From the NCBI GenBank assembly GCA_036229005.1, contig JAZAMN010000008.1:1-64000 (forward strand): 64,000 bases of DNA. Reading direction: 5' to 3'. The translations under genes and the position numbers were made by a program. The stretch comes from Myxococcota bacterium (GTDB taxonomy: Bacteria; Myxococcota_A; UBA796; CAJQPC01). Below the pieces are notes generated by a model, which was not told the origin of the DNA, did not search any database, and was given only the letters and a program-made list of their open reading frames with translations. This document shows positions 8,601 to 17,480 of the stretch, in pieces; the stretch's first letter is position 1; every line of letters starts with the position of its first letter.

Positions 8601-10636
8601 CAGCGCGGGTTGAGGCGGCGAGCGGCGCCACGGCCGACCGCGTGGAGGCTCGCGACAGCGCAGCGCAGGTTGAGCTGGCGAGCGCCGGCGCTGAGGCACA
8701 GGCCGGCGAGGCCAAGGGCGTCGAGGACGCAGCGCAGCGCGCTGAGGCACAGGCTGCAGAGACCGGCACCGCACCGAAGGACGCAGCCCAGGGTGAGGCG
8801 ATTGGCGGCCCTGCGGACTTTGTGGGCGCGAAGACTGAGACCGGCGCTGCGGAACATGGGGCGGCAAGCGGCGCCGAGGCTGAGGCCGGCGCAGCGCAGG
8901 TTGAGCCGGCGAGCGGCGTAGAGGCCGAAGCCGGCGAGGCTGAGACCGGCGCAGCGCGGGTTGAGCCGGCGAGCGACGGCGCAGAGACTGAGAGCGTCAA
9001 GGCTGAAGCCGGCGCAGCGCGGGTTGAGGCGGCGAGCGGCGCCTCGGCTGACCGCGCCAAGGCTGAGGCCGGCGCAGCGCAGGTTGAGGCGGCGAGCGGC
9101 GCCACGGCCGACCGCGTGGAGGCTCGCGACAGCGCAGCGCAGGTTGAGCTGGCGGGCGACGGCGCAGAGGCACAGGCCGGCGTGGCGAACGGTGTCGAAG
9201 ACGCGGCAGGTCGCGCCGAGATCTTGGCTGCGGAGCTCGGTGAAGCCGCGAAGGACACACCCCAGGGCGAGGCGATTGGCGGCGCCACAGACTTCGTGAG
9301 CGCTGAGGCACAGACCGGCGCAGCGCAGGTTGCGCCGGCGAGCGATGACGCAGAGGATGACGGCGCCGAGGCCAAGCCCGGCGCAGCGCGGGTTGAGTCG
9401 GCGAGCGACGCAGCGGCCGACCGCATGGAGATTCGCGACAGCGCCGATCAAGTCGAGGCAGCGAGCGACGGCGCAGAGGCTGGCGGCGTCGAGGACGCGG
9501 CGGATGGCGCGGTGGCCCGGACTGCCGGCGAGCCCGAGACCGAGAACGCAGCGCACGTCGAGGACGCCGCGGCGGTGGAGCGGGGCGAAGACGCGACGCA
9601 GGCTGACGCGGTCGTCGTGAACGGCGCCGTGGCCAAGCCGGCGGCGCTGCCCGAGCTGAGTGCCCCCCAAGCTGAAGTGCCGGAAGCGTGGGCGCCCCCC
9701 GCCGCGCCTGAGCTCAGGACTGCGGCCCCCGAGCAGGTGGCGGACCTGGCCACCGACCTGGGGGTGGACGCGGAGCCGGAGGCGCCGACGGTGGACCTGG
9801 AGCTGTCCGAGGAGACCTCGCCGGCGCGGCCAAGCCTGCTGGATGATCTGCAGGACGATGTCCTGGCGGTGCTCTCAGAGGCGACGCTCGACGCAGAGCC
9901 GCTCCCCCCCGAAGCGCCCCAGGCCCAAGCCCCCGAAGTGGAGGCCGACGGTCCCTCCTTCGAGAGCCTGCTGGAGGACCTGGAGGTGGAGGGGCCGGCT
10001 CCGCTGGGTAGCCCGGAGCCCACCGAGGACCCGGATCCGCCACGCCGCGTGCCCTCGACGAGGCCCAAGCCCCAGGAGCGCCCCAAGGCCCAGGAGCGGC
10101 CCAAGGCCCAGGAGCGGCCCCCAAGGCAAGACGCGCCGCCGCCCAACATCCTGGAGCGGGAGGACCGCGCTGAGGCGGGCTGGCTGGAGGCCAAGGCGCC
10201 CGTGGGTCAGGCCGCCGAGCGCGAGCAGGAGCTGGGCGCGGGCAAGTGGACCGAGTCCGGTCGCACGGCCGAGGAGATCGCCCGGGCGCTGCCCGAGGGG
10301 CCGGCCCGCGACATGGAGTTCGACGGCGAGGACAGCGGCGGGCGGGCACTGATCCTGGGCTTGATCGTCGCCGCGGTGGTCCTGGTGGGGCTGGGCTGGT
10401 GGCTGCTGCGGCCTGCGCCGGCGCAAGAGATCACGATCCAGACGCACCCGGCCAAGCTGCGCGTGTTCGTGGACGGACAGGACCTGGGCAACGCCCCGGC
10501 GCGCTTCGAGCTGCCGAGCGGACAGGGGGAGCACCAGGTGTGCAGCTATCTGGAGCAGAAGCGGGTGTGCACGACCCAGTCCCGCGCGCAGCTCCGGGCG
10601 AGCGACCCGGCGATGGTGACCTTCACGGCGGAGTGA
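5627..10636 (+). CDS. Giant membrane protein: kinase-like (pseudokinase) N-terminus, Ala/Glu-rich repeat linker, one TM helix, C-terminal PEGA-like domain
   Basis: Start ATG 5627 in frame with the 1807-aa ORF; LDRLHDEDVVHGALHADSI kinase-like segment; TM ALILGLIVAAVVLVGLGWWLL; ITIQTHPAKLRVFVDGQDLGNAP PEGA-like. Confidence 0.75.
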   Translation: MRPPLHSLSIERPLAASVPGLRRFEVVDDSLDGQLLIGGPELMARVERLAWGGPLEAPRGELHGGEFRVLLPERLLFTLAEMPALPAPVAFSLLLRLSEILDRLHDEDVVHGALHADSIGFDALGRLRIRPALHQPVLAEPDGSPLSPATECRFLGELACGLMDGTAPTQLDLSGVDAKTARTLLRGLLRPKASLRLAPARALRQSLGVLFSRSGIDDPDQPLRAWLAERGLTDPQLDSPGKIVLPPEEGQAPRRPPRHIPELTTDPAQAAGGAIPKEAQEPPESAVGLMELLPPEPPGELRSVAEATLDESVDDPWSELDPASEISIIEAAPVALELSGAAPQPARVRIGPLVGAGEAIPVLGVGDGGVDEDAPLEIGEAEDTGPDSAVELSFGASGLEEEDEDLEVYAPAGSTSQAGSAPAHLSAPPTINEDTGAPTRALAAMGDEPSPGVAEAVVVEAVEVEGVGRGGGVAQAGGAQAVELGDAAEDAAEDEAVGGTAELAGAEAGAAQVEVASGAAADRVEARDSAEAEAGEVHAVEDVAQGAEAQAAELGAAAKDEAIGGAADFVGAEAEAGAARVEAASDGGEAEAGAARVGVAGDGAADRVEARDSAEQVEVASDGAEAKAGVANGVEDAAQRAEAHAGETGSAPKDAAQGEAIGGAADFVGAKTETGAAEHGAASGAEADGAEAEAGAAQVEAASGVEAEAGEAETGAARVEPASEGAETESVKPEAGAARVEPASGATADRVEARDSAAQVELAGDGAEAQAGVANGVEDAAGRPEVLAAELGDAAQGEAIGGAADFVSAKTETGAAEHGAASGAEAEAGAAQVGPASEAAESVKAEAGEAASDAEADSAARVEPASDGAEAFDAEAKAGAARVEAASDAAVDRAEAEASAARVEAASDTAADRAETEAGAARVEVAGDRAAQVEVAADRAAQIEAAVDGAEAEAGTAQVEAASGATADRVEARDSAARVESASDGAEAQTGAARVEAASGATADRVEARDSAAQVELASAGAEAQAGEAKGVEDAAQRAEAQAAETGTAPKDAAQGEAIGGPADFVGAKTETGAAEHGAASGAEAEAGAAQVEPASGVEAEAGEAETGAARVEPASDGAETESVKAEAGAARVEAASGASADRAKAEAGAAQVEAASGATADRVEARDSAAQVELAGDGAEAQAGVANGVEDAAGRAEILAAELGEAAKDTPQGEAIGGATDFVSAEAQTGAAQVAPASDDAEDDGAEAKPGAARVESASDAAADRMEIRDSADQVEAASDGAEAGGVEDAADGAVARTAGEPETENAAHVEDAAAVERGEDATQADAVVVNGAVAKPAALPELSAPQAEVPEAWAPPAAPELRTAAPEQVADLATDLGVDAEPEAPTVDLELSEETSPARPSLLDDLQDDVLAVLSEATLDAEPLPPEAPQAQAPEVEADGPSFESLLEDLEVEGPAPLGSPEPTEDPDPPRRVPSTRPKPQERPKAQERPKAQERPPRQDAPPPNILEREDRAEAGWLEAKAPVGQAAEREQELGAGKWTESGRTAEEIARALPEGPARDMEFDGEDSGGRALILGLIVAAVVLVGLGWWLLRPAPAQEITIQTHPAKLRVFVDGQDLGNAPARFELPSGQGEHQVCSYLEQKRVCTTQSRAQLRASDPAMVTFTAE
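7060..9500 (+). repeat. Intragenic imperfect modular tandem repeats (about 2.4 kb)
   Basis: Recurring DNA modules such as GCTGAGGCCGGCGCAGCGCAGGTTGAGGCGGCGAGCG and GCCGACCGCGTGGAGGCTCGCGACAGCGC, encoding AEAGAAQVEAASG / ADRVEARDSA / GEAIGGAADFVGAKTETG. Confidence 0.9.
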
Positions 10637-10686
10637 GGGCGCAAGCGACCCTGCGAAAGACGCTCCGCCCCGCACATGACCGCGAA

Positions 10687-10705
10687 TGAGACCCGCAGGG
10701 TCTCA
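10687..10705. terminator. Hairpin between convergent genes, possible terminator
   Basis: Perfect inverted repeat TGAGACCC-GCA-GGGTCTCA; no U-tract. Confidence 0.4.
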
Positions 10706-10725
10706 GGGACCCGGGGTTGGACCGC

Positions 10726-11598
10726 TCAGGGGCGCTCGGCCCGATGGATGGGCGCGCTGACGCCCTCGGAGATGGTCCAGTAGCGGCCCTCGCCGAGCGC
10801 GATGGACTCGCCCTGGGTCTCGGGCTCGACCGGGAGCTCGCAGGCGCTGCCGGCCAGGGCCTCGACGGCGCCGCCATCGGTGGGGATGGGGAAGCCGAAG
10901 ATGTGGGTGTAGGTGCGCACAACCACCAGGCCGTCCCGGGCGTCCGCGCCGGTGACGCGGTTGCCGCCAGGGAGCCCGTCGTCGCCAAAGCTGAGGGCGC
11001 CGACCTGCTCCAGGGTGCCGCTGGTCCAGGGGCTGGGCAGGCGGTAGATCTCCGAGTCGGCGCTCTTGGCCAGGATGAGCAGGTCGCCGGTGACGGGGTC
11101 GACGAGCATCGCCTCGGCGTCGCGGGCGCCATCCGGGTACTGGAGGGTGAGGGTCTGCACGCTGGGAGCGGGCTCACCGGGCACGGGCTCGGGGAGCACG
11201 TGGACCAGGACGAACTCGCGCTTGGCCTTGTTGTCGCCGATGTCGCCGATCAGCAGCAGGGTGTCCTCGCCGGCGCCAGAGATGGCGATGTCCTCCCAGT
11301 CGATGGGGTCTTCGATGGTGAGGTCGATGATGCCGTGGGCCCCGGATGCCTCCTCCTCCATCCAGAAGAGGCGCGCGGAGTCGCCGGAGTCGTTGTGGGC
11401 CCAGAGCAGGCCGGGGGTGCGCCGGGACTCGACGAGGCCGGAGAGCTCGGAGAGCTCGGGGTCGGGCAGATCGCCGAGGGTGGTGACGCCGGTGAAGGCG
11501 CAGGGGTCGACGGGCTCGGAGTCCTGGGTGGGGGTGGACTCGGCGAGCGGCTCGGGGTCGACGTCGGCCCGGGTGCAGGCCAGCAGCAGGAAGATCAC
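10726..11598 (-). CDS. Lipoprotein with probable beta-propeller (phytase/SdiA-regulated-like)
   Basis: GTG start MIFLLLAC lipobox; ELSGL, WAHNDSGD, DWEDIA, IGDIGDN, DAEAM, QGESI and TISEG motifs; GTGA overlap with the upstream gene. Confidence 0.7.
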   Translation of the reverse strand: MIFLLLACTRADVDPEPLAESTPTQDSEPVDPCAFTGVTTLGDLPDPELSELSGLVESRRTPGLLWAHNDSGDSARLFWMEEEASGAHGIIDLTIEDPIDWEDIAISGAGEDTLLLIGDIGDNKAKREFVLVHVLPEPVPGEPAPSVQTLTLQYPDGARDAEAMLVDPVTGDLLILAKSADSEIYRLPSPWTSGTLEQVGALSFGDDGLPGGNRVTGADARDGLVVVRTYTHIFGFPIPTDGGAVEALAGSACELPVEPETQGESIALGEGRYWTISEGVSAPIHRAERP

Positions 11599-12752
11599 GC
11601 GGGCGCCGGGGCGTCGTAGCGGGCCCAGGAGAGGGCGTCGGTGACGCTGACGGGGCCGGTGGTGGGCGGGCGTAGGGCCAAGGTGGTGCCCTCCATGAAG
11701 CCCTGGAGGGTGCGGAACATGGAGCTGGTGTCGATCCAGCAGGCGCGCATGCAGCCCTCGCAGGAGCCGGCCTCGAGCTGGCGCTGCATCTCGTAGGCCT
11801 CGGAGTGGAAGTAGTCCTCGAAGTCGGGGTCCAGCACGTGCTTGTAGGCGTGGCTGGTGCGGTGGCAGATGGTGAACTGGCCGTTGGGGGAGACCGAGAA
11901 GTACAGGGAGCCGGCGTCGCAGCCGTCCGCGGGGAAGCGCCCGGTCTTGAGGTAGACGCGGCTGGACTCCAGGTAGGGGGTGGAGTTCAGGATGGGGGCG
12001 CCCTCGGCCTTGAGCTGGATGAGGCGCTTGTAGACGCGGTCGACGCGCTCGCCGACCTGGCCCTGGGGACCGGCGCTCAGGCCCATCTCGGGGCGGTGGC
12101 GGATGAAGCGGGCCTCCCAGTTCTTGACGCCCTCCTTGGAGGTGGAGAGCAGCTCGACGGGGAGGAAGGAGACCGCGAAGCCGATCTCCTGGGCAAAACG
12201 CACCAGGTCGGGGAGCTCTTCGAGGTTGAGGTTGGAGACCACGCAGTTCATGACCAGCGTGCCGCCCTCGCCGCGCAGGCGGTTGGCGAGCCAGGCCATG
12301 TTGGAGACCGCGGACTCCCAGGCGCCGTCGAACTCGCAGATGTAGTCGAAGCGGGCCGGGTAGAGGCTGTCCAGGGAGATGGAGAAGTTGCGGACGCCGT
12401 AGGAGATGGCCTTCTCGAAGCGCTCCTTGGGGACGTTGACGGCGTTGGTGAGCACGCGGGTCTCGATGCCGGCGTCGACGAAGGCCTTGGCGGCCTCCTC
12501 CAGGTTCTCGTAGGCGAAGGGCTCCCCGCCGCCGATGCTGGTCTGGACCACCCCCAGGCGCGCAAAGCGCTGGGCCATCTGGGTGATCTCCGGGATGGAG
12601 AGCTCCTCCTTCTTGTTGCCGTAGCGCCAGATGCCGCACATCTTGCAGGTCAGATCGCAGCGGTGGGTGATGCCGAAGTGGGCGTACACCGGGACGCGGC
12701 GGGTGAAGGTGGCCTGGGCCAGGCGGAAGGTCTTGCGCAGGTCGAGCTTCAC
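11595..12752 (-). CDS. Radical SAM protein with C-terminal SPASM/twitch-like cysteines
   Basis: CDLTCKMC, GGGEP, C-terminal CDAG..ICH..CEGCMRAC; GTG start overlaps the DegT stop. Confidence 0.9.
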   Translation of the reverse strand: MKLDLRKTFRLAQATFTRRVPVYAHFGITHRCDLTCKMCGIWRYGNKKEELSIPEITQMAQRFARLGVVQTSIGGGEPFAYENLEEAAKAFVDAGIETRVLTNAVNVPKERFEKAISYGVRNFSISLDSLYPARFDYICEFDGAWESAVSNMAWLANRLRGEGGTLVMNCVVSNLNLEELPDLVRFAQEIGFAVSFLPVELLSTSKEGVKNWEARFIRHRPEMGLSAGPQGQVGERVDRVYKRLIQLKAEGAPILNSTPYLESSRVYLKTGRFPADGCDAGSLYFSVSPNGQFTICHRTSHAYKHVLDPDFEDYFHSEAYEMQRQLEAGSCEGCMRACWIDTSSMFRTLQGFMEGTTLALRPPTTGPVSVTDALSWARYDAPAPA

Positions 12753-14017
12753 GAGAGCTCCAGGCAGGCCTGGCGGACCGCCTCGACCATGTGGTCCAGG
12801 TCGGCCTGCTGCAGGTTGGGGTGCACGGGGATGTGGAGCAGGTCGGCGAAGGCCCGCTCGGCGTTGGGACACCGGGCGGCGAAGCGCTCGAAGAGGGGGG
12901 AGGCTGCGCAGTTGCTCATGTACCCAATGGTGGTGTCCACGCCGCGGCTGCGCAAGGCGGCTGCCAGGCCGTCGCGGTCGGGATGGTGCACCACGAAGCT
13001 CATGTAGATGGGCTCGGAGCCGCTGGGGTAGGTGGGCACGGTGAGGTGCGGCAGGTTGGCGAGCTGGCGATCCAGCACCCGGCCGTTGCGCACGCGGGCG
13101 CCGTTCAGGTCTTCGATGCGTTGGAGCTGGAGCTGGCCGACCTGGGCCTGGATGCCGCGGGGGCGGGCCTTCTGGTAGTGGGCGGGGACGCTCTCGTAGC
13201 GCTTCTCGGCCTCGCCGAAGCGCTCGTGGATGGGGTCCTTGCCGATGCGGTTGCCCAGCACCACCGCGGGGTGGACGGTGAAGGGGTAGACCTTGGGGTG
13301 GGTGGCGACCATCATGGCCGTTCCGGTCAAGGCCTCCTGGACGCGATCGCGCAGGCGGGCGGGGCTGGCGGCCTGGATCTCGGCGCGCACGGCAGCGGCC
13401 AGGTCGGGGTCGTTGGTGGTGACCATGGCCCCCGACAGGGTGGTGATGTTCTTGGTCAGCCCGAAGGTGTAGTAGGCAGCGTCGCCGAAAGACCCCACCC
13501 GCTCTCCCTTGAAGCGGGCGCCGGTGGCCTGGGCGACGTCCTCGACGACCTTGATGCCGTGGCGGTCGGCGATGGCCCGGATGGCGTCCATGTCGCAGGG
13601 GGTGCCGAAGAGGTGGGTGGGGACCACGACCTTGGTGCGGGGGGTGATGGCGGCCTCGAAGGCGGCGGGATCGAGGACATGGGTGGTGGCCCCGACATCC
13701 GCGAACACCGGCGTACATCCTGTCGCTTCGGCCAACGCGGGGATGGCGAAGTAGGTGAGGGCAGGGAGGATGACTTCGTCCCCGGGGCCGAAGCCCCAGC
13801 CCTTGAGCAGCAGGTGGAAGCCGTAGCGGGCCGAGGGCACCATGACGGCGTGCTTGACGCCGATGTAGTCGGCGAAGGCGGCCTCGAAGTCGTGGACCTG
13901 GGCGGCCTCGTCACCGCCCCCCATGAGCCCCTGGGCGACGGAGCGGGCGACCACGCCGAGCTCCGCGGGGGAGAAGGAGGGGGAGAAGCGGGGAATCTTT
14001 CCGAACGCGAAGGCCAT
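12749..14017 (-). CDS. DegT/DnrJ/EryC1/StrS family PLP aminotransferase
   Basis: FEAAFADYIG, VVPTHLFGTPCDM, VVEDVAQA, TFGLTK (PLP lysine) and IPVHP motifs. Confidence 0.9.
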   Translation of the reverse strand: MAFAFGKIPRFSPSFSPAELGVVARSVAQGLMGGGDEAAQVHDFEAAFADYIGVKHAVMVPSARYGFHLLLKGWGFGPGDEVILPALTYFAIPALAEATGCTPVFADVGATTHVLDPAAFEAAITPRTKVVVPTHLFGTPCDMDAIRAIADRHGIKVVEDVAQATGARFKGERVGSFGDAAYYTFGLTKNITTLSGAMVTTNDPDLAAAVRAEIQAASPARLRDRVQEALTGTAMMVATHPKVYPFTVHPAVVLGNRIGKDPIHERFGEAEKRYESVPAHYQKARPRGIQAQVGQLQLQRIEDLNGARVRNGRVLDRQLANLPHLTVPTYPSGSEPIYMSFVVHHPDRDGLAAALRSRGVDTTIGYMSNCAASPLFERFAARCPNAERAFADLLHIPVHPNLQQADLDHMVEAVRQACLELS

Positions 14018-14209
14018 GATTCATCCAATCCAGAGGCGCGGGCACCGCAGGCTTTAGCCGATTGGGAGGGGGCGTGTTGCAGGCCTTTGACGCGGGCGTG
14101 GTCGGGGATACGAGGGGGTGATCCCCAGCAGCCTGGGCCGGGATCTTTTTTCGAATGTTCGCGACCCCGCACTCGTTGTGTGAGGGTGAACGGCCCACTG
14201 GAGCGTGCC

Positions 14210-16177
14210 ATGAGTCACTTGATTCCCAGCCTCCTGCTTGCCCTGGCCCCGGTCGACGGGTCCGCGGTGGGGACCTCTGCCCCCGCACCCGAGAGCGTGG
14301 AGAGCGCAGCCCCCGGTCGCCCGGCCGCCGCGAGCTCCGGGCGTCGCGGTGGGAGCTCCGGCTCCAAGTCCAGCGGCTCCAAGTCCAGCGGCTCCAAGTC
14401 CAGCGGCAGCCGCTCCAGCGGCTCCAAGCCCAGCGGCTCCAAGCCCAGCAGCTCGGGGCCCAGTGGCTCCAGGTCCAGCGGCTCCAAGCCCAGCGGTTCG
14501 GGGTCTTCGAGCAGCTCCGAGCGGCGTGGGAGTGGCTCCAGCAGCTCCTCCAGCAGCAGCTCCTCCAGCTCCAGCTCCGCGAGCTCCGGCAGCAACGAGC
14601 GGCGCGGCAGCGGCTCCAGCTCCAGCAGCTCCGCCCCGCCCACCAGCGGCAACGTCACGCCCCCGGACGCACAGGTCGCGCCGACGCCTACCAACGGCAG
14701 CAGCTCCAACAGCAGCTACATGCCCGGCAACCACGGCGGCGCCGAGGCCTCGCAGCCCAGCAACAGCGTGGTGAGCCCCTACGGGCCCGGGACGCAGACC
14801 CCGGGTGCGACCGTCCCCGGTAGCTCCAGCGGCACCCGCCCTGGCAGCTCCAGCACGCTCACCCCCGACAGCCCCAGCCGCGGCAGCGCCGGCGCGACCG
14901 TCCCCGGGAGTTCCAGCGGCACCCGCCCCGGCAGCTCCAGCGCGGTCACTCCCGACAGCCCCAGCCGCGGCGACGGGGCCGGCCAGACCCTGCCCGGCTC
15001 CAGCAGCGCACGTCCCCAGACCGGCAGCAGCTCCGAGTCCGGCGCCGGCTACCTGCCCGGCAACCACGGCGAGGTCACCCCCGGTAGCTGGAGCGGTAGC
15101 CAGGGCGGCAGCAGCAGCGGCAACGCGGGCACCCGCCCCGACGTGGACCGGCCTGGCGAGCCCAACACCGGCGGCGCGACCCGCCCCGGCAGCAGCTCGG
15201 GCTCCGGCTCCGGCGGCGCGACCCGCCCCAGCACGGGGGGCTCCAGTGGGTCCTCGTCTGGGGGCGCAACCCGACCCAGCACCGGGGGCTCCAGCGGCTC
15301 CAGCGGTGGGCACACCCGTCCTGGCGGGAGCGGATCCTCCTCCTCCGGAGGCCACACCCGGCCGGACAGCAACAGCCAGGGAGGCGTGCGCCCCAGCGGC
15401 CCCAACTCGGGCCGGCCTCCCCAGAGCCGACCCAGCACGCCCGGGCCCAAGAACCACCCCTACCGCCCGCACCACACGCGGCCGACCACGGTGGTCCACA
15501 ACCACTACTACGGTCCCCGCGGCCCCATCGTGCACCACTACCACACCGGGCACGTCTACTGGTACCACGGCGTCTGGGTCTACGGCCCCCGCCCCGTGCA
15601 CCACGTCTACTACAACCAGACCACCACCGTGCAGCCCGAGGCCCGCCCCGAGCTCCCCGACCGCAAGGTGAACCGCAACGACGCCTTCATGCTGGGCGCC
15701 AGCGGCTCGCAGATGCTGGGCAGCTACGACGGCGGCGGGAGCTGGGTGGACCCCGGGATCGGCCTGAGCTTCGCCTACCGCCCCGTGGAGACCTTCTCCA
15801 TCGGCCTGGACTACAGCTACTACAACCCCACCATGGACACCAGCGTGGACACCCCGCGCGAGACGGCCAACATCTCCCCCAACATCAGCGTGCACGCCGT
15901 GCCCTGGAAGCGGGTGAGCCCCTACGCCGAGTTCGGCTTGACCGCCTCCCGCCGGATCTACGAGGACACCTGGACCCGCGGTGGCGAGCAGATGGAGGCC
16001 GACGTGATGGGCACCGCCTGGGGCCCCCACGCCGCCCTGGGCCTGGAGGTCGCCATCGGCAAGTCCCTGGCCCTGGACGTCTCCGGCAAGTACATCGGCT
16101 ACCTGAACGTGGAGGGCGACGACCCCAGCGGTCCCAGCGCCCTGACCGCCAGCGCGGGCCTGAACATCTACTTCTAG
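14210..16177 (+). CDS. Secreted Ser/Gly-rich low-complexity protein with C-terminal outer-membrane beta-barrel
   Basis: GGAG then ATG 14210; signal-like MSHLIPSLLLALA; long SG repeats; His/Tyr-rich segment; alternating beta strands ending AGLNIYF. Confidence 0.75.
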   Translation: MSHLIPSLLLALAPVDGSAVGTSAPAPESVESAAPGRPAAASSGRRGGSSGSKSSGSKSSGSKSSGSRSSGSKPSGSKPSSSGPSGSRSSGSKPSGSGSSSSSERRGSGSSSSSSSSSSSSSSASSGSNERRGSGSSSSSSAPPTSGNVTPPDAQVAPTPTNGSSSNSSYMPGNHGGAEASQPSNSVVSPYGPGTQTPGATVPGSSSGTRPGSSSTLTPDSPSRGSAGATVPGSSSGTRPGSSSAVTPDSPSRGDGAGQTLPGSSSARPQTGSSSESGAGYLPGNHGEVTPGSWSGSQGGSSSGNAGTRPDVDRPGEPNTGGATRPGSSSGSGSGGATRPSTGGSSGSSSGGATRPSTGGSSGSSGGHTRPGGSGSSSSGGHTRPDSNSQGGVRPSGPNSGRPPQSRPSTPGPKNHPYRPHHTRPTTVVHNHYYGPRGPIVHHYHTGHVYWYHGVWVYGPRPVHHVYYNQTTTVQPEARPELPDRKVNRNDAFMLGASGSQMLGSYDGGGSWVDPGIGLSFAYRPVETFSIGLDYSYYNPTMDTSVDTPRETANISPNISVHAVPWKRVSPYAEFGLTASRRIYEDTWTRGGEQMEADVMGTAWGPHAALGLEVAIGKSLALDVSGKYIGYLNVEGDDPSGPSALTASAGLNIYF

Positions 16178-16263
16178 ACCTTCGAGCGCCCTCTCGCTTG
16201 AACGCGGCCCCAGGCACCCCCTGGGGTCGCACCGCTTCAGGGGTCCCCAAACGGGCTCATTGC

Positions 16264-17439
16264 TCAATTATCCAGATTCAAGCTCCACTCTCCGGTGGCC
16301 TCCAACCGATCCAGCAGCCCCTGCCCCAGGGCAAAGGCCGGCGTCAGCACCCCACCGGGCAGCCCCTCGCCCTCCGCCACCGCCAGGGTCGCCTGAGCCA
16401 AGATCCGCACGGTGACGCGGTTCCCGGGGTCGCCCGCCGCCTGGAGCGTGGCCTTGTGCCAGCGCCCGTCCTGGTCCTGCGCCGCGTAGCGCACTTTGAC
16501 GAAGCCGCCGTCCATCTCCGCCTCGCTCGGGCCTTCTCCGGGAGCGGGACCCAGGCGCGCCGCCAGCTTTCGGCCCACCTTTGATCGCAGGAGTCCGACC
16601 CCCAACCCCATCGCGGCGGTCGCCGCCCACGCCTGCGCAGGCGAGGACATCCGCATGTACTCCTGGTAGGCGAACTCCGGCCCGTAGGGGCGCCCCGCCT
16701 GGGCCGCCAAGGCCGCGCTGCGCCGCACCACCCGCGTGTTCACCGAGCCCATGAAGAAGGGGGCCAGCGCGCCGAGCTGGGGGTGCTCAGTGGGCCGGCT
16801 GGGGTCGCTATGGGCGCGCAGGGTCTCGCGGTCCGTGGGGGGCTCGGGGTCCAGCCAGAAGGGGTGGGCCAGCGCCCGCGCCGGGAAGCTCTCCGCCATG
16901 TTCAGCGCGCTGGCCAGGGTGCCGCCGTTGAAGCCCCCCTTGATGGAGAAGGCGCTGAGCACCTGCCGGGTCTGCTGCCCCTGCGCCGCGAGCTGCTGCA
17001 CCATGAACCAGGCGCCCAGGTCCGAGGGCACCGAGTCGAAGCCCGAGAAGGGGAGCAGCAGCGTGCCCTGCTCCGCGGCCCGGGCGTGGTGGCGGTCGAT
17101 CACCTGCCGGGCCCAGGGGACCTCGCCGGTGATGTCCAGGTAGTGGACCCCCTGCTTCACGCAGGCATCGACCAGGGGGTCGCCGTATCGGGCGAAGGGC
17201 CCCACCGTGCTGACCACCACGCGGCACTGGCTGACGAAGTCCTCGACTTGGCCAGGGTTCAGCGAGTCGACGACGCACACCGGGAGGTCCAGCGGTGCAG
17301 CCACCCGCTCCAGGCGCTCCAGGTTCCTCCCGCCCAACAAGATCCGCGCTCCGCTGGGGGCCCGGCGCGAGAGCTCCGCCGCGAGCTGTCGGCCGGTGAA
17401 CCCGGTTGCACCCATGATCCCGATGTCAAACTCCGCCAT
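16264..17439 (-). CDS. Saccharopine dehydrogenase-like oxidoreductase (trans-acting enoyl reductase family)
   Basis: GATGFTG, VGPFARYG, HYLDITGE, GFDSVPSDLG and GDPG motifs. Confidence 0.9.
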   Translation of the reverse strand: MAEFDIGIMGATGFTGRQLAAELSRRAPSGARILLGGRNLERLERVAAPLDLPVCVVDSLNPGQVEDFVSQCRVVVSTVGPFARYGDPLVDACVKQGVHYLDITGEVPWARQVIDRHHARAAEQGTLLLPFSGFDSVPSDLGAWFMVQQLAAQGQQTRQVLSAFSIKGGFNGGTLASALNMAESFPARALAHPFWLDPEPPTDRETLRAHSDPSRPTEHPQLGALAPFFMGSVNTRVVRRSAALAAQAGRPYGPEFAYQEYMRMSSPAQAWAATAAMGLGVGLLRSKVGRKLAARLGPAPGEGPSEAEMDGGFVKVRYAAQDQDGRWHKATLQAAGDPGNRVTVRILAQATLAVAEGEGLPGGVLTPAFALGQGLLDRLEATGEWSLNLDN

Positions 17440-17480
17440 GCGCTGCTCCCGCTCGCTGCCCAAAGGCCTATCCTTCCACG

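Noticed and set aside
5591..9670. Long antisense ORFs (1359 aa and 923 aa) over the repeat gene
   Set aside because: Shadow ORFs caused by high GC and repeats; only the plus-strand frame has recognisable terminal domains.
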